A stretch of DNA of 64,000 bases from Ramazzottius varieornatus (GCA_001949185.1 BDGG01000005.1:3015972-3079971); one strand, 5' to 3'; counted from the stretch's first letter, positions 23,572 through 37,285 are shown. Notes: generated by a model not told the origin, from the letters alone. Numbers and translations: made by a program.

Positions 23572-26500
23572 TCAAACAGTAAGAACATTTTCAGCTGGTG
23601 CTGCGATGATACGAATGGTGTTGCTATATCCTTGCCCTTGCTTCCAGCCCGTTACGACGATGATGGGGTCTCCGTTCTTGATGAATCCACGCTGAAAACC
23701 CACCTTGATACCGCTCTGTACTTTTTTGTCAGTATCGGAGACCCAGTCCGCGGATTCGTCTGCAAAGAGAAATTAAGATACTGTACCGGTTTCACACGAA
23801 ATATCAAAGGTTCTTCCTCCAAAAATCGCGAGGAAAAACAGCGCACTGGTTTCATCGTCCTTCTGCGTTTGGATACCGATCTGCTTACTATCAGGTGCGG
23901 AAGTATGACTTGTTACTCCCCCGACCAAGATTTTCAAAAATTTCTCCTGGCTTCGAACCTCGGAATTCTTGATCAGGTTATCCACTCATACTAGCAAAGT
24001 ACTTCAGTCATTTTTTCGGCATTTTTTTCGTGCCTGTACTGTAAGAGAATAGGGGAAGAGAACCGATGAAGTCTCGGTAGCCATTTTTGGTAGCCTCTGC
24101 GGAAGAAATTGTTCTCGCTGGAGGTGCCGAAATCCTGCGACATGATGATAATCCTTTGGTATCAGAACCCCTCTTCCTGGTGTACAAAGGAAAGTTTCCA
24201 GTTTCACCTCCTGCAGTTTTGCGGAAGTAGAGTAAGGAATTGGATCGCGCGGCGGGTCCCCGCGGAAGCGGGCGGTGGTTGCCGCCCGCTTCCGCCCTGG
24301 AAACTGCTGAAATTGTTACCGCTTGGAATCGCTTAGTATTTGGTGTGACTGTTTTCCGCCCGCCCCGCGTCGATGACAATAGGCATCAAGTACGTCGTCC
24401 GAAAGATTGTTCAGTGATGCGGGTAATATTTTTACTGATAAACGTACTATGCTTGGAAGTGAAAAGCTTGATGACTTGTACTTGAAATGGAATTTGGAGT
24501 TTGCTGTATCAGAGCCAATAGTCTCTACCGTCAAGGCTAAGACTTGATAAATATGTTTCTTCCATAGTAGTTGCTTCTGAATTCAGACTCGTTTACCTTG
24601 CCTGAAGTACCGCTCACTTCCGCTTTCGCGTCGGCATTAAAGGTTTACCGCCCGCTTTCGCCTTGAGATTACCAAAAATTATTCCGCACAGTCCAGCGTG
24701 GACAAGAAAATCTTGTGGAATTCTGGTTTCCGCCAAGGAAAAGTTGAGCGGTTCCCTACTCTATGCGGAAGCGTTGTGTTCAATATGCACTCTAGAGCTG
24801 CCTTGCAACAGTAGTGCTTTGAGTTGACCGAATGATTTCGTTTAGTCAACGGCAAGTGTTTTCATCGTTCTTCCCGTTCTAGAGAGGTTTAGTCTGCAGC
24901 TATCGTTATGCCGGGCGGAAGGATTTTATAGCGGTCTAGACTAAGATATCAATCAGTAGGTAACCATAACTTTCCTATGGTGCGGCGCACGATTCGAAAT
25001 TTCCTGCGGTAATTCAGCTCTTCCGAAACATTCCAGTTTGTGCTTCAGAACGACCTACAGAGCTCAGTCTTTGTCACTTGTAACAATGCAATCTGAGGAT
25101 CAGTTCGGTCTCACTCAGAAACGGGAGGTTACGGACAGGCAAAATTTGCGTTCATCGTACGGTGCACGAAGTAAGCGGGGTTTTCCCCTTCGGGCTATGT
25201 CTAAATGTCCAGTGAGGATTTCAGGAAGACACTTCAAACTCTCTTAAAGGTTTTGCAAGAGTTCGGGAAGGATCGAGGTCGACATGCTCCCTCTGGACGT
25301 TGTTGTCCAACTTTAGTTGCGGACTTCCCAAGGGGTGGCTTCCGACCTAGCAACCTCGAGAGCGGAGAAGACGTACCCAACCTCTTACGGTTCAACCGTT
25401 AGCTGCTTCATTACGAGAAACGAAGCATATCTTAGCGCCTGCCTGGATACGCTGACGCCTTGAGATAATTCAAATAGTTGAATCGCCTAAAATTTTGGTT
25501 ATCCATGATTCTGGCAAAACCAATCCTGCCCTACCCCGAAGCTGAAAAACTTGGGTTAATAGAATGCCAAACAATAGCTAGGAGTTGACACGGTGAGTGG
25601 AAAAAAGGCTCAGGACAAACGGACAAGGGGGAGTGTAACTATGAAGTTTTGAAGTTGACGTGTTTCCAGGAGTAACAAGTCATTCTTCCGCACCTGATAT
25701 CATCAGCTTGTTAACCTACCATGTACAACGACGGGTACCACACCCCGACAAAGTTGCAGTGTTCGGGCGACTTGCAGATCGCTGAGGACACAGACAATGG
25801 GAACGTGTGGCTTATATTTTGATATGAACCGTGCTGCCCTGAAATCGTAAACCGTTTTCTTTCAAGCAAATTTTGGGCTGAATATTGTCTAGTTAATCTT
25901 ACTGCCCAGTTGTGGAGAGAACGATGATGGCTGTGGCGTAAGTTTGCAGGGATATCTCCACTGCGGAAATGGCGGTGGCTTGTGTGGGCGTGCAAGGACT
26001 CGGCACGAAGAGTCTCATTTCGGTGAAGTATTTCCACTGAAAGAATATCTTCTCGGCTTCTTGGCAGATCTGGAATGAGAAAAATCGGACAAGACTGAAA
26101 AGACTGAAGTGGAAATTTCAGTTGCCAGTTGAAGGGTTCACATACCATGCCCATTGTTTTGACTGTTTCGACCGCGTAGTCACCTTTGGCGCTCTCACCA
26201 GAAAGCATAACACAGTCCGCGCCGTCGAGGACAGCGTTGGTCACGTCCGCGATCTCGGCTCGTGTGGGTCGTGGCTTCTTTGTCATGCTTTCCATCATCT
26301 GAAGAAGGAAGAAATTGCAAGAATACTATCCAAAATTCACGAAGACAGCTTGCACTTCACGTGTATCCTCCTACAGACCAACTGTACAAAAACGCGATCA
26401 CGTTATGTCTACAAACTGTCACTGCAAATTCCGGAAGTTGTCAGCTGGAAGTACGAACCTGAGTGGCGCATATGACCGGTTTTCCCGCTCGATTAGCCTT

Positions 26501-28162
26501 TGAAATCATCATTTTTTGCGCGACGATGAGCTTTTCTTGCGGTATCTGCACTCCGAGATCGCCTCGCGCAACCATGATACCGTTGCCCACTTCCAAAATT
26601 TCATCTAAACTAAAAATAACATATCGTTGTGACGTAATAGGGTGCGAAGTGACTTCCGATTACCTGGCGCACTAACTAGGAAAAATGATAGATTTGTACG
26701 TACGAACTTTTTCAAGCCTTGGTGGTTCTCGATCTTCGAAATAATCTGTATGTTATTGCCTTTCGGGCCCAAAATGGCTCGGATCTGCTTGACGTTTGCG
26801 GCGTCCCGTACAAACGAAGCGAAGATCATGTCCAGCTAAAAAAATGAGCTCGATGGTCAAGATGAATCCCAAACCGAACTGAGAATATATCACACTGAGC
26901 CTTACGCCTTGTTCGACGCCGAACTCGATATCTTTCTGGTCGGTGTCTGATATGGCAGGAAGATCGATGTCGACACCGGGCAGGTTGACGCCCTTCTTCC
27001 CACTGAGCGTCCCACCACAGACCACTTTACACCTCATGCTTTCTTCGTCTGAAAACGTTAACGGTCATCATTCGGTACCTTTATCAACAAAGCCGAATAA
27101 ACACGGAGACCGGCAAACGAAACAGACAAAAGTGTCTCCACAAGTGACGCACGATTTCGTCATTAGTCATTGCCAGGAACCCTGCGCCACTTGACTAGTC
27201 GTCTTGCACGCTTCGAAGTATTCTTTTACGTGCCTGCCAGTAGGTTCTTCATGTCAGACACCGGTGTGACGTGACTGCGGAAGAAAGGCTTACCGGTCAC
27301 TTCGACCACCTCGAAATTTATCAAGCCATCATCGACGAAGATGCGCTGTCCGAGTTTGGCATCCTTCGAGAAGTTCTTGTAATCAAGGTAGACGGTCTCC
27401 GGACTGCACTTGTCCTGGAAGCTCTCATTGGTAGTAACAGTGATGACAGAGCCGCTCTTCAGTTCGACCGTCTTGGTCTCGTCACCGTCCACCGTACCCG
27501 TTCGCACTTCCGGCCCTTTGGTGTCTAGCGCGATAGCCAGATGGAAACCCGGAAAAGCGCAGGTTGCTTCCCTGACCATCTGAATACTCTTAGCGTGGTA
27601 CTGAAATTTCAGAAATCAAACGTGATGAGACCAGCATAATCGACAGTAAAATTTGGGGAAATCAATTACGAAAGCTTCTTACTTCGTACTTCGTGGGTCC
27701 CATGGGAAAAATTCAGGCGTACGACTGTCATGCCGGCTTTGATCATCTCTTTGAGGACTTCCACCTTTTGGGAAGCCGGACCTTAAAAAAGTATAACGTC
27801 ACCCAGGAAATCCCAACACATGACAACAAGGCCAACCAACTTCATCCACCAGATCATTTCCCCAAGCGACCCACGTTTCCAGTCTTACTGGCCAGAAGCG
27901 CGCGCCACTTGGAAAAGCAATGCTGTCGAGTCTTGTCGATCTCTTATAGCTCGTGACAAAAAGAAGTCTAGATAGGAAGTCTGCAAAACACCACATCGCT
28001 TTCACCTAATGTGCAAACTATGCCGGTTTTCTTGAACGGGTGTGGAGGCTTGTCGACATTAAGGTGGCAGTTATGTTCGAGTTGAGTAACAACAGGGTGG
28101 TTCATCAAAGGTGTTTTGGGACCTGAACCCAGCTTCTCCGCCGGAACTGGAGGGAGACTCAT
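23572..28162 (-). CDS. PK: pyruvate kinase, multi-exon; last exon 23759-23572 lies beyond a ~2-kb intron
   Basis: [88 protein letters not shown]. Final exon [20 protein letters not shown]. Confidence 0.95.
27141..27193. repeat. palindromic element (53-bp copy) in PK intron
   Basis: caagtgacgcac-N29-ctgcgccacttg. Confidence 0.8.
27863..27911. repeat. 49-bp palindromic element in PK intron
   Basis: caagcgacccac-N25-gcgcgccacttg. Confidence 0.8.
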
Positions 28163-29155
28163 AGTGAGTTGGGACAAATGCTGTTCCTTCGGAGAATTTA
28201 TAGACCGCGTCAAAGAGAAGGTGTCGAGATATGATTTCAATCAACACAAGGATAATCGGCCCAGATTGGATGATTACTACAGGCTGCAGAGTATTAACGA
28301 GTACAATACAATGCGCCTTATTTTGGCCGGAAGTCCCGAGAGGAAGAACTTCTACAAGTTGCTACGGAATGCCATCGAATGGTCAAAAAGACGTCTACAT
28401 TGTTAGTGCAAGGGCCCAGAGTGAGGTGGGGCGGAAAGGAGAGAAACATCCAGTTTTTGCAGGAAGATCGAACAAAACAAAGAAACTTAAAGTCCGGTCA
28501 GTAGACTAAAGGCGCCACCTGTGTAAAGTACCAAGCTATCAATAGTTTTTACGGACTTTTCATTATTCCTCACCATTCTTCACCGTTCTTCCCCGCGTCA
28601 TTGAAATTTTCACTGAGTCAGTGAAGAATGGTGAATACAGTTTACCGCACTGCACCGAGCCTTCCCTACTGGTGGTAGAAAAAATCAGGGACTCGCAGCT
28701 CGGACGGCACTTTCAACAGAGCTTACCTTCCTTTTCCACCACTAAATTTTTTCATCTGGTTTACTGAACAGACAACTATCAACCTATAACCATGATGATT
28801 CTAGTTTATTCATGACCATTTTAAGTGAAATACAACGGACTTTGGGTCCAGAGACGTCTGCATCGCTTCTGAAGTAACGACCAGACCCCCAAAACAGATA
28901 TCTAGGCGATTACGACCTACTCAAAGCAAAGTCCGGTTCTTATCAAGGTTAACCCCAAGATTTAAGTACGCTGGCAAACGCTTGAAAGCCAGAACAGGTG
29001 AGTAAGTACTTTACGCTGCAAAAAAATAGAACACACAGGCCGGAGGTTCCGTCAGCAAAACTTTCGTGCTAGTTTCACAAATCACACTATCCCGCTTTCA
29101 GCCGTGCGGATGGACTTCGGTCTTCCGTCAGCCAAGTAGCTTGCTAACTCCCAAT

Positions 29156-31326
29156 ATGTTCCTGGACATTTCGTCCCCTTTGGTATCCGCAATCATTGCG
29201 GTCATACTTGGAATATACTATTGGTATTGGCATCGTGATATTCCGGATGGACCCCGAGGCAGAGTTCTTCACTGATGAAAGTCGGCAAATGGATCGATCA
29301 TGATCGCTATTTTAAGTGGTGCGCGTTTTCATTGTTGTTGACCGACAGTGTGCGCCACTTAGGACAACGATTGTGCCGAAGTCGTTTGCCGAAATCCCGT
29401 TTCTTTTATTCTATTGCTGAATCTTACTTACTTTACAGGGCTGCCATTGTTGGGCTACGCTCCGTTCTTCGGTCCGAATCCACAGCACAAGTTCCTGAAA
29501 TTCAAGGAGAAATATGGCAAAATATTTAGCATGTACATGGGGACCCAACTTACCATCGTGTTGAACGACTACTCTGCAGTCAAGGAAGCGTTCATCACCC
29601 AAGGCGAAATATTTAGTGGACGCGCGGCAGGATTCGTCTTTGAGTACATCTCACGAGGAAAGGATGGAAAAATACATGGTAAAAATAATCTCATTTTTTT
29701 AAAATTTGTTATATTCTCACTTATTTTTCTCACCAGGATTTTTCTTGGACAGTGGAGAAAAAGTGAAGAAAGCTCGTCGCTTTGTAAGTCCAGGTTTTCG
29801 GCAACCTGCCTAGATATGTTATCAGTTGCGGCCGCATTGCAGATTCTTCAAACTTTTCGCGATCTGGGTATGGGAAAAGATCGTATGCAGAATTGCATCT
29901 TGGAAGAAGCAGAAACGCTCATTGAAATATTCAGAGCAAATGCCGGGAAACCATTCGATCCTCTACCAACCTTCAACGCCAGCGTAGCTAACGTTATTTG
30001 TGGAATGTCATGGGGTCGAAGATACAGTCACGACGACAAGCGCTTCCAGAAGGTCCTCTCAGGCTTCAAAGTCATCCCGGATCTGCTGTCACAAGCCAGT
30101 CCCCTGTTAGGCTTCCCGTTCTTGAGATTCATTCCAGGGACTATGAAGAACAAGTGGGATACCGCATTGCGAGCTGTACGCTTTAACCAGAACTTCACAC
30201 GGGAAGTCGTTCTGGAACACATCCAGGAGAAACATGAAGGAGAACCGAGAGACTTTGTCGATACTTTCGTCAACCAGCAACGAGCAGAAGAGGCTGTGAA
30301 AATCAAGACCAAGGAAGACAAAGTCTACGAAAGTAAGTCCCTTTTTCTCGTTTCCATTTGGCTGCCGTGCGAGAAGACGACAAACGCATCGTGCAAGACC
30401 GTCAGCTCAAGTGGCGAAAGTCTCCATTGCTGGTAGCTGGAAGAGCGCGCCATCCATCATAACGATCTCCAGAAACCTTCCGACTGCAGGATCGAATTAT
30501 TGATACCAACTTGTTTTCCGGTATTGGTCAAACCTTATGCATTCTTTAACAAATCTGGTTCGTAGTGGAGGAGCTCCAGCAGGATCTGGGGACCTTCTTC
30601 GGCGCTGGGGTTGAAACAACATCTACGTCGCTCTACTGGGCCATTTTGTACATGGCTCACTTTCCGGAAATCCAGAAGCGCGTCCAGAGAGAAATTACCG
30701 AGAATACCCCAGCAGGCTTTCCTGTAAAAGTGGAGGACAGAAGTACGATGAATACGATGAACGATGTACCCTCAGAAACATGATTGAGCAACTTATGTTT
30801 TTCTAGGTAAGCTCCCTTACGTCGAAGCGGTCATCCGAGAAATCCAGCGCTGCGCCAATGTAACGCCTTTCGGGATTCTTCGTTGTAACCTGGAAGAGAC
30901 CACACTCTTTGGTTACCGTATTCCAAAGAAGTCTACCATCATGGTCAATTACCTGGCTTTAAACCAAGATCCAACTCTGTGGGACGAACCGGAAAAGTTC
31001 AAACCGGAGCGGTTCCTGAACAAGGAAGGGAAGATCCACGAACCCCCGTACTTCATGCCTTTCTCCGTTGGTAAGAAGACCTCTTCCTGCAAAGATCAAA
31101 GCAAGAATCTGATAAGTCCTAATACGGTACTTTGCGAACAGGTAAACGTGCTTGCATCGGTGAATCCTTGGCCCGAATGGAAATCTTCCTCTTCTCTGCG
31201 AATATCCTGAAGAACTTTGACATTTTGCCCTGTCCGTCTTCTCCACTTCCTTCTCTTGATGAATACACAACTGGGATTTCATGCAGACCCACTTACTACA
31301 AAATACAGCTGTCGGCCAGAAACTGA
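29156..31326 (+). CDS. cytochrome P450, CYP2 clan, multi-exon
   Basis: N-terminal TM anchor, PDGPRGLPLLG hinge, I-helix [21 protein letters not shown], and heme motif [15 protein letters not shown] split by an intron. Confidence 0.95.
29313..29361. repeat. 49-bp palindromic element in CYP intron 1
   Basis: taagtggtgcgc-N25-gtgcgccactta. Confidence 0.85.
30408..30456. repeat. 49-bp palindromic element (degenerate) in CYP intron
   Basis: caagtggcgaaa-N25-gcgcgccatcca. Confidence 0.65.
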
Positions 31327-31805
31327 GGCCTGACAGCCGTAACATTAAATTTGGCGATTGGATGACGAGGAGTTTTGTCTCACCGGCAGATAAGAGATCA
31401 TAAGACCAAGTCTGAAAATAATATATCCATGATTAACTTTTCACGTATGGCAGCAGAAAAAAATGTAGTTTCTCTCGTAAATTATCTATACGAGTTTTTT
31501 CAGCTTCCCAAACGTTCCTACTGTAACAGCGTTGATCTTTCCAGCAACAGTAAAGTTCGCTTTATCATCATGAAGTCGCTAAAAGATTTGAGCAGCGAGA
31601 ACAAAAGAAGCAATAGCTTTGTGCAGCAAGGTGGTTTGCCACTTCCGGTCAATCAAGAAATCAAGAAATATACGTCAAGCGGTTGATTGACCTGAGCCTT
31701 GATTCACCTGTGAATCTGAGGCTGTGGTTGACTCCTTTCCTTCGTGTCTCTCCCCTGATTTTTTTCTGAAATCGAGACGATGTTTGCATGTAATCTGTTT
31801 GCACG

Positions 31806-34800
31806 ATGAATTCACTGAGCATTCAACAGAGTATACGGAAATTTTGTCACCTATTTGAGACCCACGACGGAGAAAGCAAGGAACTTACTGGGTCATCTGC
31901 ATCACGCAAGTGTTTGGAGCAAAACTTCTGGCAGCAACTTCTCCGCAAGGATCGTCCGGTTTCGCCATCTTGTGATCTCGAACAGCGGCTGGAAAGCGCC
32001 GCTCTTGACATCTTCCTACGTCAGGAAGGATCCGGGGATAGTGCAGCAGTGGAAGCGATCGAGAAATTCCATAAAAACGCGGCATTACTTTGTGCAACAG
32101 GTATGGTGGGCCGAACAGTGGAAATTGATACCATGATTCCATCAATGTTTACGCTTTGCTGAGCCATGAAGGCCAGAAGCAACTGAACACGTCGTGTAGA
32201 AACTGATCTTCTGACGTCATGGTTCCGCACGTGCTTAACGGGGCTCACTGATATCGTTGAGCTGGTTTCTTTATTTCCGCCTCAAAACGTGCGATTTCAG
32301 TCATCCACACCACTTTTCAAAATTTTCTGTTGCTGATCTAGGCTAGCCACCTGTTTTTGCCTACTCTTTCTAAACTCATTCCTAAACTTTTCGGATGCAT
32401 CAGTAGATAAATAACAGGCTGTCGATCGGTACTACTTGCAGTTGAAGTGGTGCTTCGAAAGATCCACGCAATGCTCAGTTTCAGATATGGCCGAATCCCG
32501 CGTAGACGAACATAAACCGACAATCGACTGATCTAATCAAGCGATACGCGCCACAGTAGTGGCTAACTCAACAACTGAAACAGGGGGCTGCTAACCTAAC
32601 AACCGCCCCTGTCGTACACCCTTGTTGTCTGTTGCAGAGGATGGGCACAATGTGCTGGAATTTCTTCTGGCTCTCCAAGGCCTCGCTTCGCACAAGATCG
32701 GAAACACCATCTCTCAGCCTCAGAGAGGCAGTCGGAAGGTTACTCAAGGGTTTTTTGGGAAGTTATTGGCTGATGAGAAGATACCTTTTGCCAATCACTC
32801 CAATGTCAGTTGAGTTGGATCAACCTTATCATCTACCCTCGTAGATGGCTTCTAAACTCTTCATCGAGCTTACGATTGTTCACCTTGACAGGGTCTCTCT
32901 GCAGCGTGCCGGGATCTCTTCAAAGAGGCGTCCAGGAAGAAAAGAGACAATTCAGCGAAACCGTCGTCAACATTGCACGTGATTCCAGTTATTTTATCTG
33001 TGTCTTGGTGCACTGTGAAGACATCTCGTTTCTTTTACTGTAGTGCAATATTCAACCCAGCCTTCGCCTTCGACAACGATGGTGAGGAACAACCAGCAGC
33101 AGAAAATGACCAACAGCATTCACCTTTTAGTCTTCCCAAAGAGGAGGACTCGCGCGGAAAGGCTCAGGCTGAAAGAAAAACTTCCCCAAGGACTTTCGTC
33201 GGTAATTTGCTGACTTCCCGGGAACTTCATGGCTATCACACTGTCAGCAATGTCAAGAAAAGCAATGGATCGAGGCTGTCAACCGAGAACTTTCAGGCGG
33301 AGCTCGCAAAAGTCATCGTCGGAATACCGTCTACGAGTTTCGACTTCGACGAATCGAATGAATACCGGTACTAAAATATTCGGCATCTTGTTCACGCTAC
33401 AGCTCAATAAGATCTCGATCATCTAATCGTAGGCTGCAAGAGACGGTCCATGTGATAGGACTCGATCGGCGGATCGTGGAAGACCTTGCCGGTTTTGCAG
33501 CCGTGGTAGGCAATTCAGTTCGCCGCATTCGTTCCTTCATCAAAGATATTCCACAGAACAACGGCCAAACTTTCCTTCGCTTTATCCAAGCCTGTAAAGT
33601 TTACTTGGACGGTTTTGTGGCGGTCATATCTGGACGCTGCAACACGGGCAATTTCATTTCGTTCCAAGACAGCTTGCAGTCCTTGATTTCGCCCATAGAA
33701 TTCCTCGAAGAAGTACGTATGTGTTGTAAATTTGAGCTTGGCAAACAAGTCAACTCGAGTGCTTTCCCAAGTCCCGCATGCTTCCAGCCAATGTGAGTGG
33801 AAACGCGCGCTACTTGGGAGAGAATGTGTTCAAATTGATTGTCGAGCTCTCAAATACTTTTCCAAGTGGTTAAGACTATCGAATGATTACGATAGTACGG
33901 ATAATGATTGGTTTATTTTTTAGGTCTGTGTGGAAGTTGGTGAGGTGAAAGCAGGTCTGAACCTGCTGCAGGTCCTGTACGAAAAATGTATGTGCGTGGT
34001 CGGTGATCGTTCGCTGCTACATCTGGCCTTGTTCCTGCTGGAAGAGTCCGCAGTGCCTTTCTTCCACTTCGTCACCAGTCTGGCTCTTCGTGGACACGTC
34101 GCTTCGGCCTTGGTCTTCGCCGAAGAGTTCGGCGTCCTCATCAACGAAGGCGCACTGCATCGACCGAAAGTTGCCTTCTGGGATGACGTCTTCGTCACCA
34201 ATGTACAGCAAATTTTTATTTTAGTATAGTCAAATACGGTATGACGAAAAATAGGCTGAAATGAAATATTGTTAATGACTGTTATCTTAATTATCGAACA
34301 TTGAATCGCGCGATTTGAATTGGAGAAACGACTAAATTTTCGGTTGGGTATCCTACGGTAACTCCTGAACACTTTCTCTTTCTTACAGGACATTCCTGAG
34401 ACTTTTCTGACGGAATTTTGTTTGCGAGCGCTGGAAGCAGCTCGATGTCTCCTGCTGTTGAAAGCTGTCCGACCTTTCCATCCACTCCTCTTCTTGCAAA
34501 CGTCGAACGACCAAGCTTCGCCGCTGAACTTCTGTCTGTGTTTCACGGAAGACAGTAATAGTTACTTTGTCGGTTTTCAGTGGTATGGGGAGGACATGAG
34601 ACAGAAGCTGGACAGGGTCACGCAGAAAGAACTGAAGCGAAAGACTTTTGTGACGAATGCTGAACTTGCCGACGAATCTAGGATTTCTTTCGGTTCAGTC
34701 TTTAGTAATGAAAACATGGATGCACCGAAGGCTGGCGCAAAGCCAGAAGACGTCTTTGAGAGGAACTGGAAAAATCACCATGGAAGTTTCAAAGCTATCA

Positions 34801-37285
34801 TTCACCGAAAGATTCTGCCTGTCATTGATATTCAGTAAGTGATGCTATCTCAGCCGACGGGAAGGAATTACACATCGACCATTTTTGTACGATATCTTGA
34901 TGCAGCTTTGAATTTATGCACCGGGATATGTTTCTCTTTCAGGGTTCGCTTGGCAGAAAAGGCCGTCGTGAAGCTCTTCTTCGACACCTTGCGAATTTCT
35001 GACCATATCAACGTCATCCGGAATTACTTCTTCTTGGAAAACGGAGAGTTCGCTGCTACGTTCTCCTCGAACTTGTTCGAAAAGGTACGTTGAAGTTGTC
35101 GGTCATGATGAAGCTATCATTTCAGCTACACGCGCGAAGGGAAAGTTTGGCGCAGTAAAAAGTTTGGATCAAGCCGTTTCGCTACGGCGGCACGGACAGG
35201 TGCTTTTTGCTGCATGTAGAAAACAGCATAACTGGCCTTACTGCCGTACGTACGTGATGGGTTTCGGAACGAGCGGCTAGGAGCATGACGCTTTTACTGG
35301 CTTCGTTGTCGAGACGAGCAGCTTCACGATGTACAGTACCATTCTCGACAGCAGAAAGCGCTCTTTTCAGGTCTTCCTCGCTGTACAGTCGAGGCCTCTT
35401 GGTTTTGAACTGTTGAGACATACTCGAAAAGCTAGCCAAAATGGAAGCATGAACACCGGCTGATTTCTGGACACGAAAGCAAACGACAAACTTACGGGAT
35501 CCATTCAGAAGACTCACAGCTAATACAGTACGAGTACACTGTACCAATGTTTACGGTAGTTTCCACTGCGGTTGGAATCTACTACGTTACGTCATACAGT
35601 TGGTTTCTGTCTCTTGCTTGCATATAAAATCTAAATTTGCCGTCTTTTCCGCCTGATCCAAACTTTTAACTGCGCCAAACTTTCCCTTCGCGCGTGTACT
35701 CTTTTCAGGCGTCGAGGTCCAGCTTGAAGGGATGTCTGGAAGTATCTTTCCTTCTTTTCTGCTTCGACACGAGCTTGTCCGACCAAGTTCGTCGCGATGA
35801 GAAAGTGAACAAACGGCTGACGCTCCTCAGCACTCGGCCTTCCGATGTTCCCACTACGGTCTCGCCCTACGACCTGACGGACTTCCTCGGTCTCGATTAC
35901 AAGGTAGCCAGAAATCGCGGCAGTTCTCGGATTACTTTTCCCGAAATCAGACTAACTGAGAACTTTTCTATCGTTGTTTGGGACGTCGGCAAATGGCTCG
36001 ACCCAAATCGTTAAGCTCAAGTGGCGCACGTTTTTGTAGTTATTGGCTGAGAGCGTCTGCCACTTGGAAAGACGTTCTTGTCGAATGCCCAAGTGGCGCA
36101 CGTTCTTGGTGTCGTGGGTTGGAAGCTTGCGCCGCTTGATGTGAGGAATTGAAAGAGTTAGTCCGAGTGGCGCACGTCCTTATTTTTGTCGCCCGAGACC
36201 GTGCGCCACTTGGAAAATCGATCAGTGTGAGTCCATCTGCCGACGCTTAATAGTGTTGTGCTGATTTCACGTGTGCTTGTTTGATGATTGACGGCTCGAT
36301 CAATTGTCTTTGGTAGGTTGATTGGCCGCTGAATATGATCCTGACTCCCGACCTGATGCTTAAGTGCAACGCAGTATTTCGCCGCCTTCTTCGGATCAAA
36401 GGCTGCATATGGACTCTCAACGACACCTTTCTCCTTCTCAACGAAGTCCAGGATGTCCAGAACGAAGGCAACCGCTCCTTCCTCAGCGTGGTCCGCCACG
36501 AGATCGCGCATGTCATCCGCGTACTAGACGTCCACTTGATGGACGTGGCTGTTCACCGCTCGTGGCGCGAGTCCCAGGTACAAAGCAAGCTCAATCCTTC
36601 TTCGCATATCAAACTCGCAAAGTCGGTTTGACGGCCTTCGTTTTTCTCGTGGTAGGCTCCTTTGGAGGGAGACGTGACGAGTTTTGAGGAGCTGAGGGAA
36701 GCTGTAAGGCTGTACGTGAATAATGTTCACGAGAAGTGTATCCTGGAGGACGCACAAGGGTCCAGGTTTGCTTGGGTCCTGAGCGAGATACTCCGTTATA
36801 CCCTGAGGTTCTACGCGGAACTGAAAGCTGAAGCCAGCATTGAGGAACTTCGGAAAACTTACGCGGTGTTCCAGCAGTGTGTGCACTTTATCTTGGATAG
36901 TAAGTATTCGTTCACCGAAAACATTCTAGTGACAAAACTATCGGATGATCTTGATGACAAGTTACTCAGCCGGACAACTCCCGCTGGTTCGATCCCCAGT
37001 AGGCTGAATGCGGTTTCGATAAGCTGCTGAAGCACCTAATATATGCTGGTTTTTCTACATTATTTCGCCGGATTTTCAAATATCAAGTTGGCAGAAATTT
37101 CTACGCTTTTTTCAGATGTGGAGAAACGTAGAGGCGTTCCAATAGATTTTGACTGTGAGACCTTCCTTTCCCATATCGACTTCAACAACTACTACCGTAA
37201 CAACAAGACCTCCTCAGGAACGGAAAAAAGCCCGGGGAAGAATCGAAGTCGTAGCCTTCTCCGAAATCTGTACGGTACACTGTGA
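31806..37285 (+). CDS. TUBGCP6: gamma-tubulin complex component 6 (Spc97/Spc98 GRIP family), multi-exon; 5' exons approximate
   Basis: IRNYFFLENGEFAATFSSNLFEK, LGLDYK|VDWPLNMILT, FRRLLRIK and FLSHIDFNNYY are characteristic of the GCP6 GRIP2 region. Confidence 0.8.
33768..33816. repeat. 49-bp palindromic element in TUBGCP6 intron
   Basis: caagtcccgcat-N25-gcgcgctacttg. Confidence 0.7.
35129..35696 (-). mobile_element. pogo-like internally deleted DNA transposon (family A) in TUBGCP6 intron
   Basis: 43-bp TIR with 1 mismatch (cacgcgcgaagggaaagtttggcgcagt...), TA on both sides. Internal MSQQFKTKRPRLYSEEDLKRALSAVENG resembles the start of a psq-type HTH. Confidence 0.88.
36018..36212. repeat. 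49-bp palindromic element, 3-unit array in TUBGCP6 intron
   Basis: Units 36018-36066, 36090-36138 and 36164-36212. Confidence 0.92.

Noticed and set aside
26461-26472. gagtggcgcata match to the palindrome arm
   Set aside because: It is the coding sequence for ICATQ of pyruvate kinase and has no partner arm.
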